Positions 12,445 through 27,890 of a DNA stretch of 64,000 nucleotides are shown here, piece by piece; the first letter of the stretch is position 1, and each line of letters starts with the position of its first letter. The notes under the pieces were generated by a model. The model was not told where the DNA came from, searched no databases, and saw nothing but the letters and a program-made list of their open reading frames with translations. The DNA comes from Eledone cirrhosa. Lineage: Eukaryota. The translations under genes and the position numbers were made by a program. The stretch lies in contig OZ024740.1 in the NCBI GenBank assembly GCA_964016885.1, forward strand, positions 384,896,001 through 384,960,000, in the 5' to 3' direction.

Positions 12445-15013
12445 ATATACACATATATGTACATAAATAAATATATATATAAATATATAAATATATAAAT
12501 ATATGAATGCAGCATATTGTATATATACCCAACGGTACAGTATATCTGAAAAAATGACGCAATGGTTACAACTGAAATGTCTTTGATCATAGGTTTTCTC
12601 CAATGGTCAACGTGGGACTAAATATCGATGACAACAGGTACATACAGCCACACAAATGAACGCATATACACGCATGGCGAGGCACATAGTTTCAAACATG
12701 CAGATCACATTGTTCGGCTATTATCATTCAGATACACATACAGACACACACTATTACTTTATATATGTTTAGCACTTTACATCCAAAAATCAATGCAGCA
12801 TGTATTAGTCATATAGATACAGATTCACAGCTTTGAGAAAAAAAAAGAAAAAGGCCCAAACCTGATCGACCTCGAAAGGATAAAGGGCGAATTTGAGATT
12901 CCTGGGATTTGAAATCAACATGCAATGATCTATAACAAATACAGACGTATTTTTTATCCGACACTCTAACGACACTAACAACCCACCGCCTAATCTTATA
13001 TATACAAAAAGATTTATCCAAGCTGGAATTCCAGAGGTCTTCTAAATCAGAGCTTACCTGGGGCTAAACAACATCATATGATCAGAAAGACGCTAGATAT
13101 AGTAACAGGCTTGCCAACTTTCAAAAACCCAAACGGGGAATATTATTCGAAAAAGTGCCCCAAAGCGAGAAGTGAGGCAAAATGGGGATATTTTACATAA
13201 TGAAAGCTATACCCATTTTCAAAAAAAGACATCTTCCACCCACTCCAAAGAGGAGGGAGATCTACCCGTCGGACGGGGAGAGTTAACAGGTCGGTAATAA
13301 GTTTGGAATGGATAATCATCATCTGAAGATATGCTTGCATTTCAGATCGCGAAGAGTGAGGGAAAAGTAGTTGTGATCCTTATGTATTTACTAATAAAAT
13401 TAATGTATTTTTGACACAGTCAGATAAAAATTAACAAGCCCGTGTATTCAGCTTGAGTTCAAGGTCAGTATAGAAGGTTAATCCTTTCACTTTTCTAGGT
13501 AAATGTTGTAGTATTTTGGCAGAATGTCGAACGTATCATATTGTAAATTTAGAAACTAAGTTCGAATCGCACCTTAATTTTGCTTTGCCTTTCATCTGTC
13601 CGGGATCGATAAAATAAAGTACCAGTTAAATACAGGTGTCGATATTTCTCCTTCCCCAAATTGCTAGCATTGTGCAAATATTATAAATAAATAAATAGAT
13701 TAATAAATAAATACTACTAGTCAAGAACAAGGAGCTATATAATCCCCACCCCCACAAAAATTGTGTTGCCTTCATTGCACCGTCATGAGTTCGAACAACG
13801 ACAATTAGTCATTTCCTTGACCGAGCACTTCCTTTCCGTGCAGGTTACCGTCGAGTCCTCTGTTGCCTTCCGTCCCCGAACTGCCGTTTGCCTCTGCAAA
13901 ATTATGAGTGCATGCTGTTTCAAGAAGAGCCACATGAGGCTGGAGTGGCTGATGCATTGCGTGTATCAGGCTGTTCTCCGCAGAAATGTCTGCCTCGTTT
14001 AATCCGCTAGTCGTTATAGAGATATACCGTTCAGATTGAGATGCTGTCTGCGGTTTTCCCTTCCCTTTACTTTCATTATTTAATTCTTTTCCCTTTTTTT
14101 AATGCAACCAATATATAATTTAAATGAAACTTGTCACGGAATTGTGGTGTGAGAAAACGAAGTTGGGTTTGCTGGTGCGCTCCTTCTGGTATTTTGTATC
14201 TGACTGGACAGTCAAAACTTTAAAACTCTGAATAAATACCGCAACGCATTTTGTCTAGTGCCAATTTCTACACGTTCACAAACCTCTAGATGAACTATAT
14301 ACCGTAATGAAGTAACAAAATATCCAATATATTATTCATAACAATAATATGAACGCTGGGAAGCTGAAAATAATTACTTCAGTTGGATCAGAACATAAAG
14401 TGATGTAAATACTGACTACCGCAAAGCATTTTCCATGCCAGCCTACAAATTCTTCTAATCCGCCACAATTGACCTATACTTTATTTCATTTCTCCGAGGA
14501 GTATATTACAGATCAACTATGTTAAATTTGAACTCAAAACTTAATGCTGTCCATCCGGGGCTTCAACGATTCTGCCAGTCTTCACTATATGTAGATTTTA
14601 AAGGTCCTGAAAATAACTATCAACCAAGTACTTGAGTAGTTATAAACTCTTGATTGCTCAAACAAAATTGGTGTATTGGGGCTTATAATAAAAATCAATA
14701 TTGTTGTGAATTATAGAATATTCATGAGGCAGAATCATTCTGGCTCCGTACTAAATGACTTGCGGTACTTTAAAGTTGTGTCTCTTTAAGTTCTACTTTC
14801 AAATCCAACCGGGACTGCTGTAGCGTTTTGTCTGCACACAGCCAATGAAATAAGTGTAATATACTAGTAAAAGGCGGTGCATTGCGGTATTAGTTTCGGC
14901 TCTCTGCGCTCTCAAATCTGGTGGTGGTCAACTTTACCTTTCATCGTTTCGAGGTCGATCAAAATGTATACTAGTCAAGTACTAGGGTCGAATCTTCTCT
15001 ACATCTGTTTCTT

Positions 15014-15014
<1 letters not shown>

Positions 15015-15056
<42 letters not shown>

Positions 15057-15061
15057 ATTTA

Positions 15062-15134
<73 letters not shown>

Positions 15135-16255
15135 CTCTCTCTCTCTCATTCTTTCTCTTCCCTCCATTTCTCCCTCTTTCGCTCTCTCTCTCTCTTGCTC
15201 ACTGTCTCTCACACTCTCTCACTCTCACTCCAACTCTCACACTCTCTCACTCTCACTCCCACTTTCACTTTCCCTCTCTCTCTTTCTTTGGGAGACCGGC
15301 TGTGTTCAGTTCTAGAGAGCGGTGTTACGGGTTCATATTATATACGGTACTCGTTTCAATTGACAGCATACCCTCCCTTACTAAGTTTGTTGACGTTTGG
15401 AAATATAAGAAATAAATACTAAGTTACACATGTTATGGTACCTAACCCAACAGGCTCTTGGGTGCCTGTAGCGGAGGCAACTCTATTACAAACATTCCAA
15501 CCGGGTCTTGTCTGAAAATCACCTGTGTTCATTGTTTAATATCTCTATATTAAACCCAACCACTTTTCTACTCATAACTCATCGTATGGATATGTGCGCG
15601 TATACAAATATACACTCACTTTCTCTCTCTCTCACTCTCTCCCTCTCACTCTCTCACTCACTCTCTCTCTCTCACTCTCTCACTCACACACACACTCTCT
15701 CTCTCTCTCTATCTATCTTACTATCTCGTCCTCTCTTTCTTCACTTCTTTCACCATTATTTTTCATTCCAAAGGGGCAGTGGATTGGCAGTATCAGAAGA
15801 CGGTCGGACGCCATGCTTTGACGCATAGAGTTACGGCCCTTGTCATTCTGAGTTCGAATCCCGCCGAGGTTAACTTTGCCTTTCATCCTTAAGGGGTCGA
15901 TAAAATAAAGTACCAGTAATGTACTGGATATTTGCTGGCCTTGTGCCAAAAGTAGAAATAATTATTTTTCATTCCTTTACCTCTTTATTTCTCGTATCAC
16001 TTTGTCATTCACACATTCATCTCCCACATAATGTTATGTTTATATCTATCTCCCTCACCCTATTCCTCTCCCTCTCTATCCCTCTTTCTACATGTACCTC
16101 CCCTTCTACCTCTTACCATTTACTCTATCTCTTCCTTTCCATGTCTATCTCTTTAACACCACTTCAACCTGTTACTATTCTTTACTTCCATGTTTTTAAT
16201 TTTCTTTATCTCTTCTTCTAATTTACCAATTCTCTCTCTCTCCCTCTCTTTCTTT

Positions 16256-16320
<65 letters not shown>

Positions 16321-16536
16321 CCCCTCTCCCCCTCTCTCTCCCTCTCCCTCTCACCCCTCTCTCCCCTATCCCCCTTCTCTATCTCTCTCGTCTTACCAAT
16401 TCAACTTCTTTCTCTCTCTTCTAATTCACCAATTCTCTCTCTCCCTCCCTCTCCCTCTCTTTCTCTTTCTCCCCTCTCTCTTTTCCTTGTCTTACCAATT
16501 CAACTAATCCTTGTTTCCGTCTTCTTCTTATTCACC

Positions 16537-16620
<84 letters not shown>
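15015..16620. repeat. (CT)n-rich polypyrimidine microsatellite region
   Basis: Direct reading. A complementary (GA)n tract lies at 33893-34061. Confidence 0.9.
15773..15966 (+). mobile_element. tRNA-derived SINE, near full length
   Basis: A-box-like TGGCAGTATCAG, B box GAGTTCGAATCCC (15850-15862), central GCCTTTCATCCTTAAGGGGTCGATAAAATAAAGTACCAG block and an ATT tail. Many other copies occur in the window. Confidence 0.85.
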
Positions 16621-16820
16621 TCTTACCAACTCAACGCCTCCTTCTGTCTCTCTTCTCAGTCTGTCTAACTACAATATATATCTATACATATACGTATCTC
16701 CGTATCAACTTATCTATTCATTAATCTTCCTTTATCTTTTGTTTCTATCTGTGTATCGCACATACTTTTGTCACTCTTCCAATTCTTTTTATTAGTTGCT
16801 TCAATTACCATGGAATATAG

Positions 16821-16955
<135 letters not shown>

Positions 16956-16973
16956 ATATGCGATATGCGTACA

Positions 16974-17077
<104 letters not shown>

Positions 17078-17085
17078 CATATATA

Positions 17086-17138
<53 letters not shown>

Positions 17139-17314
17139 GTATATATATATTATATATATATATACACACACATATATATATTATATATATCTATATATAT
17201 ATATATATAGATATATATAATATGTTTATATGCGATATGCATACATACATCTATATATATGTATATATATGTATATATATGTATATATATATATTTATGT
17301 ATATATGTGATATG

Positions 17315-17378
<64 letters not shown>

Positions 17379-17868
17379 CATATATATATAGATATATAAA
17401 ATATATATTTATGCCGAAACAATAAGCACAAACCCTAAACCCACACATGACATACACACATTCACACACACAGAAACAAACACACACTCACTCACACATA
17501 AACACAAACACATACAGAAATAGGATCGAAACCAATTCTCACGCTAAGAAAAGATAAATTGATCAAACAACACAAATAAACAAATAATGAAAAAAATATA
17601 TGTAAAGATGAAAGAAAACAAGACAAAAAAGAAAGAATAGAAACAAAAGCAAGCAATAAAACAATCGGTGTCATTGGGTTCATTTGATAACATTCTAAGT
17701 GATGTTGCCAACTGGTGACTATTATGTCAAAGAACATGAAAAATACATTATATAGTTCGTGAAGGTTGTGTTTGTTTGTAACAGCAGCGACTGAACGAAC
17801 GAATGATGACGAGAAGACAAACGGACAGTCAGCCTTGCTGGCTGACTGACAAAAAACAAAACAACGAG

Positions 17869-19131
17869 TAATAATTGTTTCTACAATTGGCACAAGGCCA
17901 GACAATATCCTAGTGTATTACTGGTGCTTTATTTTATCGACCCCGTTAGGATGAAAGGCAAAGTTAACCTAGGTGGGATTTGAACTCAGACTGTAAAGGT
18001 TCGTTACTCCTTGCTGCAAAGTATAGCGTCCGACCCTCTACCGATTAATAACAATTGTTTCTACTTTTGGCACAAGGCCAGCAATTATTCCAGTGTATTA
18101 CTAGTGCTTTATTTTATCGACCCCGTAGGTATGAAAGGCAAAGTTAACCTCGGAGGGATTTGAAGTGAGACCTTAAAGGGCTGTAACTCTATGCTACAAA
18201 GCATGGCGTCCGACCCTCTACCGATACTGCCAATCTAGATTTCTAGTATAGGCACAATGCCAGTAATTTGGGGTGGGTGGGGGGAGGGGAATGTCGATTA
18301 AATCGACCCAAGTACGTTACTGATACTTTAATTTATTGACCCCGTAAGGATGAAAGGCGAAGTTAACCTCGGTGGGATTTGAAATCAGACTGTAAAGGGT
18401 CGTAACTATATACTGCAAAGCATGGCGTCCGACTATTTACCGATACTGCCAATCCACCGCCCTTGTGGATCTGGAAAAAGCCTTCGACAGATTGCGGCGT
18501 GCTACAATCTGGTGGGCTCTTAGCAAACTAGGAGTAGATTAACAAAAAACACACACCTCGGCCGACTCACAGGCAGTTAGACAGGCAGACACAAGCGTAT
18601 AGAATGTGAGTAACCTCGGTGGGATTTGAACTCATATCGTAAAGGGACGTAACTATGCTGGGAAGCATGGCGTCCGACCCTCTATCTATACTGCCAATCC
18701 AAATAATAATAATAATAATTTCATTTATTGGCCACAAGGGCCGACATGTAGGACACAATACAAAGACACGGGCAGTGGGCGTTTACAATAAGCTCGAGTA
18801 TAAGTGCACAATGGCAAGACTAATTTAACATTAATAATTGTTTCTACTTTTGGCCCTAGGCCAGCAATTATCCCAGTGTATTCCTGGTACTTTATTTTAT
18901 CGACTCCGTAAGGATGAAAGGCAAAGTTAACATCGGCGGGATTTGAACTTAGACCACAAAGGGCCGTAACCCTTTCCTGCAAAGCATGGCGTCCGACCTT
19001 CTACCTATACTGCAATCCACCACCCTAATAATTGTTTCTACTTTTGGCTAAACGGCCAACAATTACCCAGTACATTACTGGTACTTTATTTTATCGACCC
19101 CGTAAGGATCAAAGGCAAAGTTAACCTCGGC
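17869..19131 (-). mobile_element. Cluster of ~6 head-to-tail full or partial copies of the same SINE
   Basis: Copies at ~17869-18045, 18047-18236, 18238-18463, 18608-18700, 18832-19025 and 19027-19131. Confidence 0.85.
18466..18540 (+). mobile_element. Isolated non-LTR (RTE-like) RT motif fragment
   Basis: Translation VDLEKAFDRLRRATIWWALSKLGVD. Confidence 0.7.
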
Positions 19132-19139
19132 ATAATAAT

Positions 19140-22077
19140 AATAATACTAAGAACAGGAAGCGCAGCAAAGAGAACAAGTGTAAAAACAACAAATGAAATA
19201 GCAGCAATAGTAGAGTCAGTGAGAAGAAAACATCAGTAACAAGACCAACAATAACACAGACAGCTGCAGTAATACTAACAACAACAGAAACAGTAACATT
19301 AACGATTGCTGCAATAGCAGCAGTAACATTAACAACAACTGCAGCAACAGAATCAGTAACACTAACAACATCTGCAGCAATAGAAGCAGTAACATTAACA
19401 ACTGCAGCGGTAGAAGCAGAAACACTAACAACTGCAGCAATAGCAGCAGTAGCACTAAAAACAACTGTAGCAACAATAGCAGTAACACTAACAACTGCAG
19501 CAATAGAAGCAGTAATACTAACAGCAACTGCAGCAATAGAAGCAGTAACACTAACAACTGCAGCAATAGCAGCAGTAACACTAACAACTGCAGCAATAGC
19601 AGCAGTAACACTAACAGCTGCAGCAATAAAAGCAGTAACACTAACAACTGCAGCAATAGCAGCAGTAACACTAACAACTGCAGCAATAGAAGCAGATACA
19701 CTAACGACTGCAGCAATAGCAGCAGTAACACTAACAACTGCAGCAATAGCAGCAGAAACACTAACAGCTGCAGCAATAAAAGCAGTAACACTAACAACTG
19801 CAGCAATAGCAGCAGTAACACTAACAACTGCAGCAATAGAAGCAGATACACTAACAACTGCAGCAATAGCAGCAGTAACACTAACAACTGCAGCAATAGC
19901 AGCAGTAACACTAACAGCTGCAGCAATAAAAGCAGTAACACTAACAACTGCAGCAATAGCAGCAGTAACACTAACAACTGCAGCAATAGAAGCAGATACA
20001 CTAACGACTGCAGCAATAGCAGCAGTAACACTAACAACTGCAGCAATAGCAGCAGAAACACTAACAACTGCAGCAATAGAAGCAGTAACACTAACAACAA
20101 CTGCAGCAATAGCAGCAGTAACATAACAACTGCAGCAATGGAAGCAGTAACTTTAACAACAACAAAGACTATGCTAACACTGGTAACAACTACAACAATA
20201 ACAACTGCAGCAATAGAGACAGTAGCATTAACTATAGTGGTAACAACAACAACAGTAACAACAACAACTATAACAACAGTAACAACAACAACAGTAACGA
20301 CAACAACAGTAACAACAGCAACAGTAACAACAACAACTATAACAACAGTAACAACAACAACAGTAACGACAACAACAACAGTAACAACAACAACTATAAC
20401 AACAGTAACAACAACAACAGTAACAACAACAACAGTAACAACAAGAACTATAACAACAGTAACAACAACAACAGTAACAACAACAACAGTAACAACAATA
20501 ACAGTAACAACAACAACAATAACAACAACAACTATAACAACAGTAACACCAACAACAGTAACAACAACAACAGTAACAACAACAGTAACAACAACAACTA
20601 TAACAACAGTAACAACAACAACAGTAACGACAACAACAACAGTAACAACAACAACTATAACAACAGTAACAACAACAACAGTAACAACAACAACAGTAAC
20701 AACAATAACAGTAACAACAACAACAATAACAACAACAACTATAACAACAGTAACAACAACAACAGTAACAACAACAACAACAGCAACAACAATTATAACA
20801 ACAGTAACAACAACAACACTAACAACAACAACAGTAACAACAACAACTATACCAACAGTAACAAAAACAACACTAACAACAACAACAGTAACAACAACAA
20901 CTATAACAAGAGTAACAACAACAACAGTAACCATAACAACAGTAACAACAACAACTATAACAACAGTAACAACAACAACAGTAACAACAACAACAGTAAC
21001 AACAACAGTAACGACAACAGTAACAACATCGACAGTAACAACAACTATAACAACAGTAACAACAACAACTATAACAACAGTAACAACAACAGTAACAACA
21101 ACAGTAACAACAACAACAGTAACAACAACAACAGTAACAACAACAACAGTAACAACAACAGTAATAACAACAGTAACAACAACAACAGTAACAACAACAG
21201 TAACAACAACAGTAACAACAACAACAGTAACAACAACAGTAACAACAACAACAGTAACAACAACAACAGTAACAACAACAACAGTAACAACAACAACTAT
21301 AACAACAGTAACAACAACAACAGTAACAACAACAACAGTAACAACAACAACTATAACAACAGTAACAACAACAACAGTAACAACAACAACAGTAACAACA
21401 ACAGTAACAACAACAGTAACGACAACAGTAACAACATCGACAGTAACAACAACTATAACAACAGTAACAACAAGAACAGTAACAACAACAACTATAACAA
21501 CAGTAACAACAACAGTAACAACAACAACAGTAACAACAACAACTATAACAACAGTAACAACAACAGTAGCAACAACAGTAACAACAACAACAGTAACAAC
21601 AACAACAGTAACAACAACAACTATAACAACAGTAACAACAACAGTAACAACAACAGTAACAACAACAACAGTAACAACAACAACAGTAACAACAACAACA
21701 GTAACAACAACAGTAACAACAACAGTAACAACAACAGTAACAACAACAACAGTAACAACAACAGTAACAACAACAACAGTAACAACAACAACAGTAACAA
21801 CAACAGTAACAACATCGACAGTAACAACAACAGTAACAACAACAGTAACAACAACAACAGTAACAACAACAACAGTAACAACAACAGTAACAACAACAGT
21901 AACAACAACAGTAACAACATCGACAGCAGTAACGAGAACAAGAATAGAAGCAGCGGCATTAAAAATGGAGGCAATAGCAGCAAGAACAACAACAATAACA
22001 ACACAGACAGCAATAGTAACATTAACAACATCTGCAGCAATTGAGGCTGTAGCAATAACAAATGAGATGGCACCAGC

Positions 22078-22112
<35 letters not shown>

Positions 22113-22215
22113 AGACAACAACTACAGTGATAGCAACAGCAACATTAATAACGACTGCAATTGAGGCTGTAACAAAAACAAATGAGGTACCGCCACCACC
22201 ACCGCCACCACCACT

Positions 22216-22249
<34 letters not shown>

Positions 22250-22316
22250 GCAGCAGCAGTAATAATAACCGTAACTACTCCAATGGCCACTATAATAACA
22301 TTAATTATAATAAGTT
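19140..22316. repeat. Triplet-based (ACA/GTA/GCA) minisatellite; 30-bp unit in 19490-20130 with a 300-bp higher-order duplication
   Basis: Unit CTGCAGCAATAGCAGCAGTAACACTAACAA; 19621-19760 matches 19921-20060. The remainder is (ACA)3-4GTA arrays that give Thr-rich and Val-rich open frames. Confidence 0.9.
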
Positions 22317-24129
22317 AAGAGCATCAAGGGAAATTCCATGATCACTCCTACTAGAAATAGAAGCCAAACCTAATGCCATTAATATCTCTTTTAAATAAGC
22401 ACAAGGTCAGCAATTTAGGAGGAGGAAAGGTCGATTATATCAACCCCAGTACTTCACCGTTCCTTTATATTGACGACCGCAGAATGGGGAACGGTGAAGT
22501 TGACATTGAGAGGGTTTGAACTCAGAACCTAAAGATCTGGAAGTAATACTTTTAATCATGTGTCCGATGCCGTAAAAGAACTCACCGCTCTTCTAAATAC
22601 CATCAATATCAAGAACAGAAGTATATATTAAAAGTGCCATTTTTCTTCTTACCAGCAACACTAAAGTGCATGAAAATACTCAGCACATATAATACAAATG
22701 TACCACATGTACAGAAAACAGGAAACACTAAGACTATCCCGCAACGTCCCTACAACTTTACAATCACTCCTACAATATCTTTACAACATATAGACTTGTA
22801 TAAAATTCGAAACAAAGCAAAATGGCGCATACAGCACAGTCACTAATAACAGATTTGGTTTACTCAAAGATACAACACACCACAGGAAAGGTGTATTCCA
22901 GTATTATTATTCTTTCTACTTTTTCGTTTCTCTTACCCGTAAGTACATCATACAAATCTAGACTACTATGTGTAAATCTTCCCAAAAAACAAAATATCCG
23001 CTCGTTTGTACAACACGAGGGAACCGCTATCCGCTCGTGTTAATCATTAAGTGCTGACAACAACAGTTTCAATACTGTCCTGAGAACCCTGTTCTTTCCC
23101 CTGAAGCAAATCAGATATAAACAATACACCTACACAGACAGATATAAAAACACCACAAGCCAATAAGAGGGTATTGGTGAGCTCGCTCATTTTGCTAGAA
23201 TTAGAAGTCAAAGCTCCCTCAAATCACACTCCGTCGTCATAGTGAAAAGCACATTGAACAGTGTGCTCAGTTTCGCTGCACATTTGGAAATAGTCACGAC
23301 TGGAATTATTTTGATCATAGGTTTACTTGATCATGGATATCCAATAGCTGAGCAAATGACAAGAGTAACAAAAGTGATCTCGTTATGCACACATGCAATA
23401 TCAAGGTTTGACCAAGTCCTCAGCCAAGACAACCATGACAGTAAAATGTCGAAAACAATTATACCGGTATCGGAATTTATCAACAACAATCCAGAAATAT
23501 ACACACAACTCGGAGAAAACAGTTTTATTGTTTTGTCGTAGTGGTTTATTCCGCTTCAGAGCAGGATTAATATTTATACATATTGAAGCGACCGGGATAT
23601 TGTTCTAATCTACTTCTCTAGTTGCATCTGACGCTCGAGACCTGTTTCACTTAGCCTTGTTTTCCACCACTAATTCCAGTGAGAAGAGCTGGAATGAGAA
23701 CTTCAAACACAAAAAGCTTAAACATACTGTAGAGCAACCTATCCTACGCCTTAACACTTTCTCTGGTACTTTATTTATCGAACCCTAAAAGATGAGAATC
23801 AAAAGTTGACATCGACTGAATTTGAACTCAGGGTGCAGAGAGCCGGACCAAATACCACAAGGAATTCTAACCGACGCTCTAACGACTCTGGCAATTTGCC
23901 ACCTTGTAAAAAGCAATAAATAAAAGAAAGTAGACTCATGAAACATAAAAAGTACTCACTGACATCACATTCAATCAACATAATGAAAAGCACATTTGTG
24001 TGCAAAATATATGAGATCAATTATAAATTAGGCAGGTACATTTTGGAACCTTTCTCTTTCCAAACAAAATCGCAATAAACCACAAATAAAACAAAAGAGT
24101 GCACTTTAAATAATTACGGGCCAGAAACA

Positions 24130-25890
24130 GACCGTATCAACAGTACCAACACCATCAACAACAAAATCAACAGTACCAACACCAACAACAGCAACAACAG
24201 TACCAACAACACTAACACCACCAACAACGACGGTACCGACATCACAACTAACAACAGTCCAACATTATCAACAACAAAAGCAACAATACCAACTACAACA
24301 ATAGTAACATCAACAACAACAACACCACCAACAACGCTAATACGACAAACAACAACAGTAACGACAATATCAACAACACGGCCAACAACAACAGTACCAA
24401 CACTGCCAGCAACAACACTGTCAGCAACAACACCACCAACAACAACAGTACCAACACTGCCAGCAACAACACTGTCAGCAACAACAGTACCAACACTGCC
24501 AGCAACAACACTGTCAGCAACAACAGTACCAACACTGCCAGCAACAACACTGTCAGCAACAACACCACCAACAACAACAGTACCAACACTGCCAGCAACA
24601 ACACTGTCAGTAACAACAGTACCAACACTGCCAGCAACAACACTGTCAGCAACAACACCACCAACAACAACAGTACCAACACTGCCAGCAACAACACTGT
24701 CAGTAACAACAGTACCAACACTGCCAGCAACAACACTGTCAGCAACAACACCACCAACAACAAGAGTACCAACACTGCCAACAGAACACCGCCAACAACA
24801 ACAGTACCGACACTACCAGCAACAACACTGTCAGCAACAACAGTACCGCCATTGCCAGCAACAACACTGTCAGCAACAACACCGCCAACAACAACAGTAC
24901 CAACACTGCCAGCAACAACACTGTCAGCAACAACACCCCCAACAACAACAGTACCAACACTGCCAGCAACAACACTATCAGCAACATCACTGGCAACAAC
25001 AACAGTACCAACACTGTCAGCAACAACACTGCCAACAACAACAACAGTACCAACACTGCCAGCAACATCACTGGCAACAACAACACTACCAACACTGTCA
25101 GCAACAACACCGCCAACAACAACAGTACCAACACTGCCAACAACAACACTGCCAGCAACAACACTGCCAGCAACAACGCCGCCAACAACAACAGTACCGA
25201 CACTGCCAGCAACAACACTGTCAGCAACAACAGTACCAACACTGCCAGCAACAATACTGTCAGCAACAACACCGGCAACAACAACAGTACCGACACTGCC
25301 CACAACAACACCACCAACAACAACAGTACCAACACTGCCAACAACAACACCGCCAACAACAACAGTACCAACACTGCCAACAACAACACCGCCAACAACA
25401 ACAGTACCAACACTGCCAACAACAACACCACCAACAGCAACAGTACCAACACTGCCAGCAACGACACTGCCAGCAACGACACTGCCAGCAACAACACCGC
25501 CAGCAACAACAGCAGTAACGACACTGCCAGCAACAACACCGCCAGCAACAATACCGCCAACAACAACAGTATCGACACTGCCAGCAACAACACCACCAAC
25601 AACAACAGTACCAACACTGCCAACAACAACACCACCAACAGCAACAGTACCAACACTGCCAGCAACGACACTGCCAGCAACAACACCGCCAACAACAGCA
25701 GTACCAACACTGCCAACACCAACACCGCCAACAACAGCAGTAACGACACCGCCAGCAACAACACCGCCAACAACAACAGAACCAATAGTGCCAGAAACAA
25801 CACCGCCAACAACAACACCGTCAACAACAACAGTACCGACACCGTCAACAGCAAAAGTACCAATACCATCAACAACAAAATTATAAAAAA
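24130..25890. repeat. Minisatellite encoding Pro/Thr-rich mucin-like repeats on +, with frameshifts
   Basis: ACAGTACCAACACTGCCAGCAACAACACTGTCAGCAACA-type units of 39 and 54 bp. ORF 24852-25886 reads (PATTLSATTPPTTTVPTL)n. Confidence 0.8.
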
Positions 25891-27721
25891 CAATAACAAG
25901 AACAGCGCCAATACTAACATAGGAAAAGGATATGAGTTAAAACTGGAATGCCTTTCATTATAGGTCTACATAATTGTGGTTAAACAACAATGACATTAGC
26001 TACAGCCCTAAGATATCACCCACCACTAACCCATCGTTGCAGAACAATCATTTGAAAAATATATATCTGCATTTGTGCATATCACAGCTTGCAAGCTTTA
26101 GCACATCCCATATTATAGCTTGATGTTTGGATCCTTGCCAAAAATATATTAAACAGCATTGTAAACTTCTATCTACCGTTACTCATCTAAGATTTCTTCC
26201 AACACAACACTGCACACACTCAATATATCTCCTCAAACACGCCTACTTTTTGTTCTATTTGTAATGAATTAGTTTTGATTTTCTTCCGTCGGATCAAAGA
26301 AAACCAGAAGCTTAACAATAACACAATTAACTACTCATATCGTATGTTTAGTCCGCTGAGTCCGCTGAATTCTAAGAATGTAAAATGGTGACGTTGAACT
26401 TATGACCTACGAGCCAATGAGAGAGTTTCTACGTGGTCAGTCAACATGCTGAACGTAATAGCCTAGTCCTTCTCAAATGATCTCCAGTCGGTTTGTTTTA
26501 AGAGAGGGCATACTAGATAATCTGAGATAAACTATATTTGAGAAAACTAGATGATAATGGATAGAATGCAATAGCTGTAGATGTGTTCGATTAGTTTTGC
26601 CTGAGGTCTACATAAAATCTGCCTACATAAAATTGTTTAGCCTATGCTGTAGTAGTGCAATACATCATCCAATACATATTGTCTCTCTATAGATGCTAAT
26701 GAAGTGTAATAGCTTTAACTGTAGATCGAAACTGGAAGTTGCAACAGAGGTTTAGGAGAAGTTCCCTTCTTTCCTATACTACTATACAAACAAAGCCGAA
26801 TAATTTCATACGAGCTAGTTATGGAACTATATTTTGTATAGGAGGAATGATTCGATCGATCGAATCAGTCTCAATAGTCTAGTGGTAATTATTTTATCGA
26901 TCTCAAAATAATAAAAATGTCAAGTCGACACCAATTGGATTCGAGCTCGAAAAATAATAATGTGAAACTAAATACTAGCAGTCATTTTGATTTGCTATAT
27001 ACCATTTCTGTTAACCAGTCGCCCATTCAGCTTGTGTTAAATTGAACATTGATAAAAGAGAATACTGAATTATACAAGTAGTTTAGTTACCTGTTGTTAA
27101 AGGAAACATTGTAAGCGCAAGAGAAGTGAGTACGGTTTATAGAGCGAAGGCAAAAGAAAATATATCTGTGTAAAGGTAATAAATTATATTACGGAAATGA
27201 TAGGACCCTGCTGAAAACCAGTTCTCGTCTTTCTATGAGTTTGTGTGATTAATGCAGGATGTTTTGCAAAAGCAATACTCTATCCATCAACGCATTTGTT
27301 TATGGCTCCCATGCGATAACGAAATTGTCATGTGATTGGTTAGATATCAAAGGCTGATATGATGTTCATGTAACAATATCACTTTGAATGCAGCTAACAA
27401 ACAGTACAAAAGCTGAACGTTGCCAATTGCTAAAATCTAATTTTTCTAACCCCCTTTCTGATAATTATATAGGATGACATAACAGCGAGCATGTTCACGC
27501 GAATACCGACCATAATATACAAGCATATTTGAAGTTAGCAGATAGAAACACGCACACATATACACATTAACATTCATCTAACACGAATGTACAGAGAAAT
27601 GACCTCCTAATAATCAGTAACGAATACATACATTTGCAAAACTAAGTGTGTATGTTTGCCTACGTGTGCGCGCACGTTTCTTTGTGTAGACACATATACA
27701 GTCGTAAATAATGCATACACA

Positions 27722-27760
<39 letters not shown>

Positions 27761-27799
27761 GCATCCGTAGATTATATGGACACACGCGCACGTACACAC

Positions 27800-27890
<91 letters not shown>

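Noticed and set aside
13106-13400. hAT-like terminus CAGGCTTGCCAACT
   Set aside because: I found no partner TIR or TSD.
19216-22290. 1024-aa Val/Leu-rich minus-strand ORF as a gene
   Set aside because: It is the antisense reading of an ACA-based minisatellite with an implausible composition, and it changes character at a 1-bp indel.
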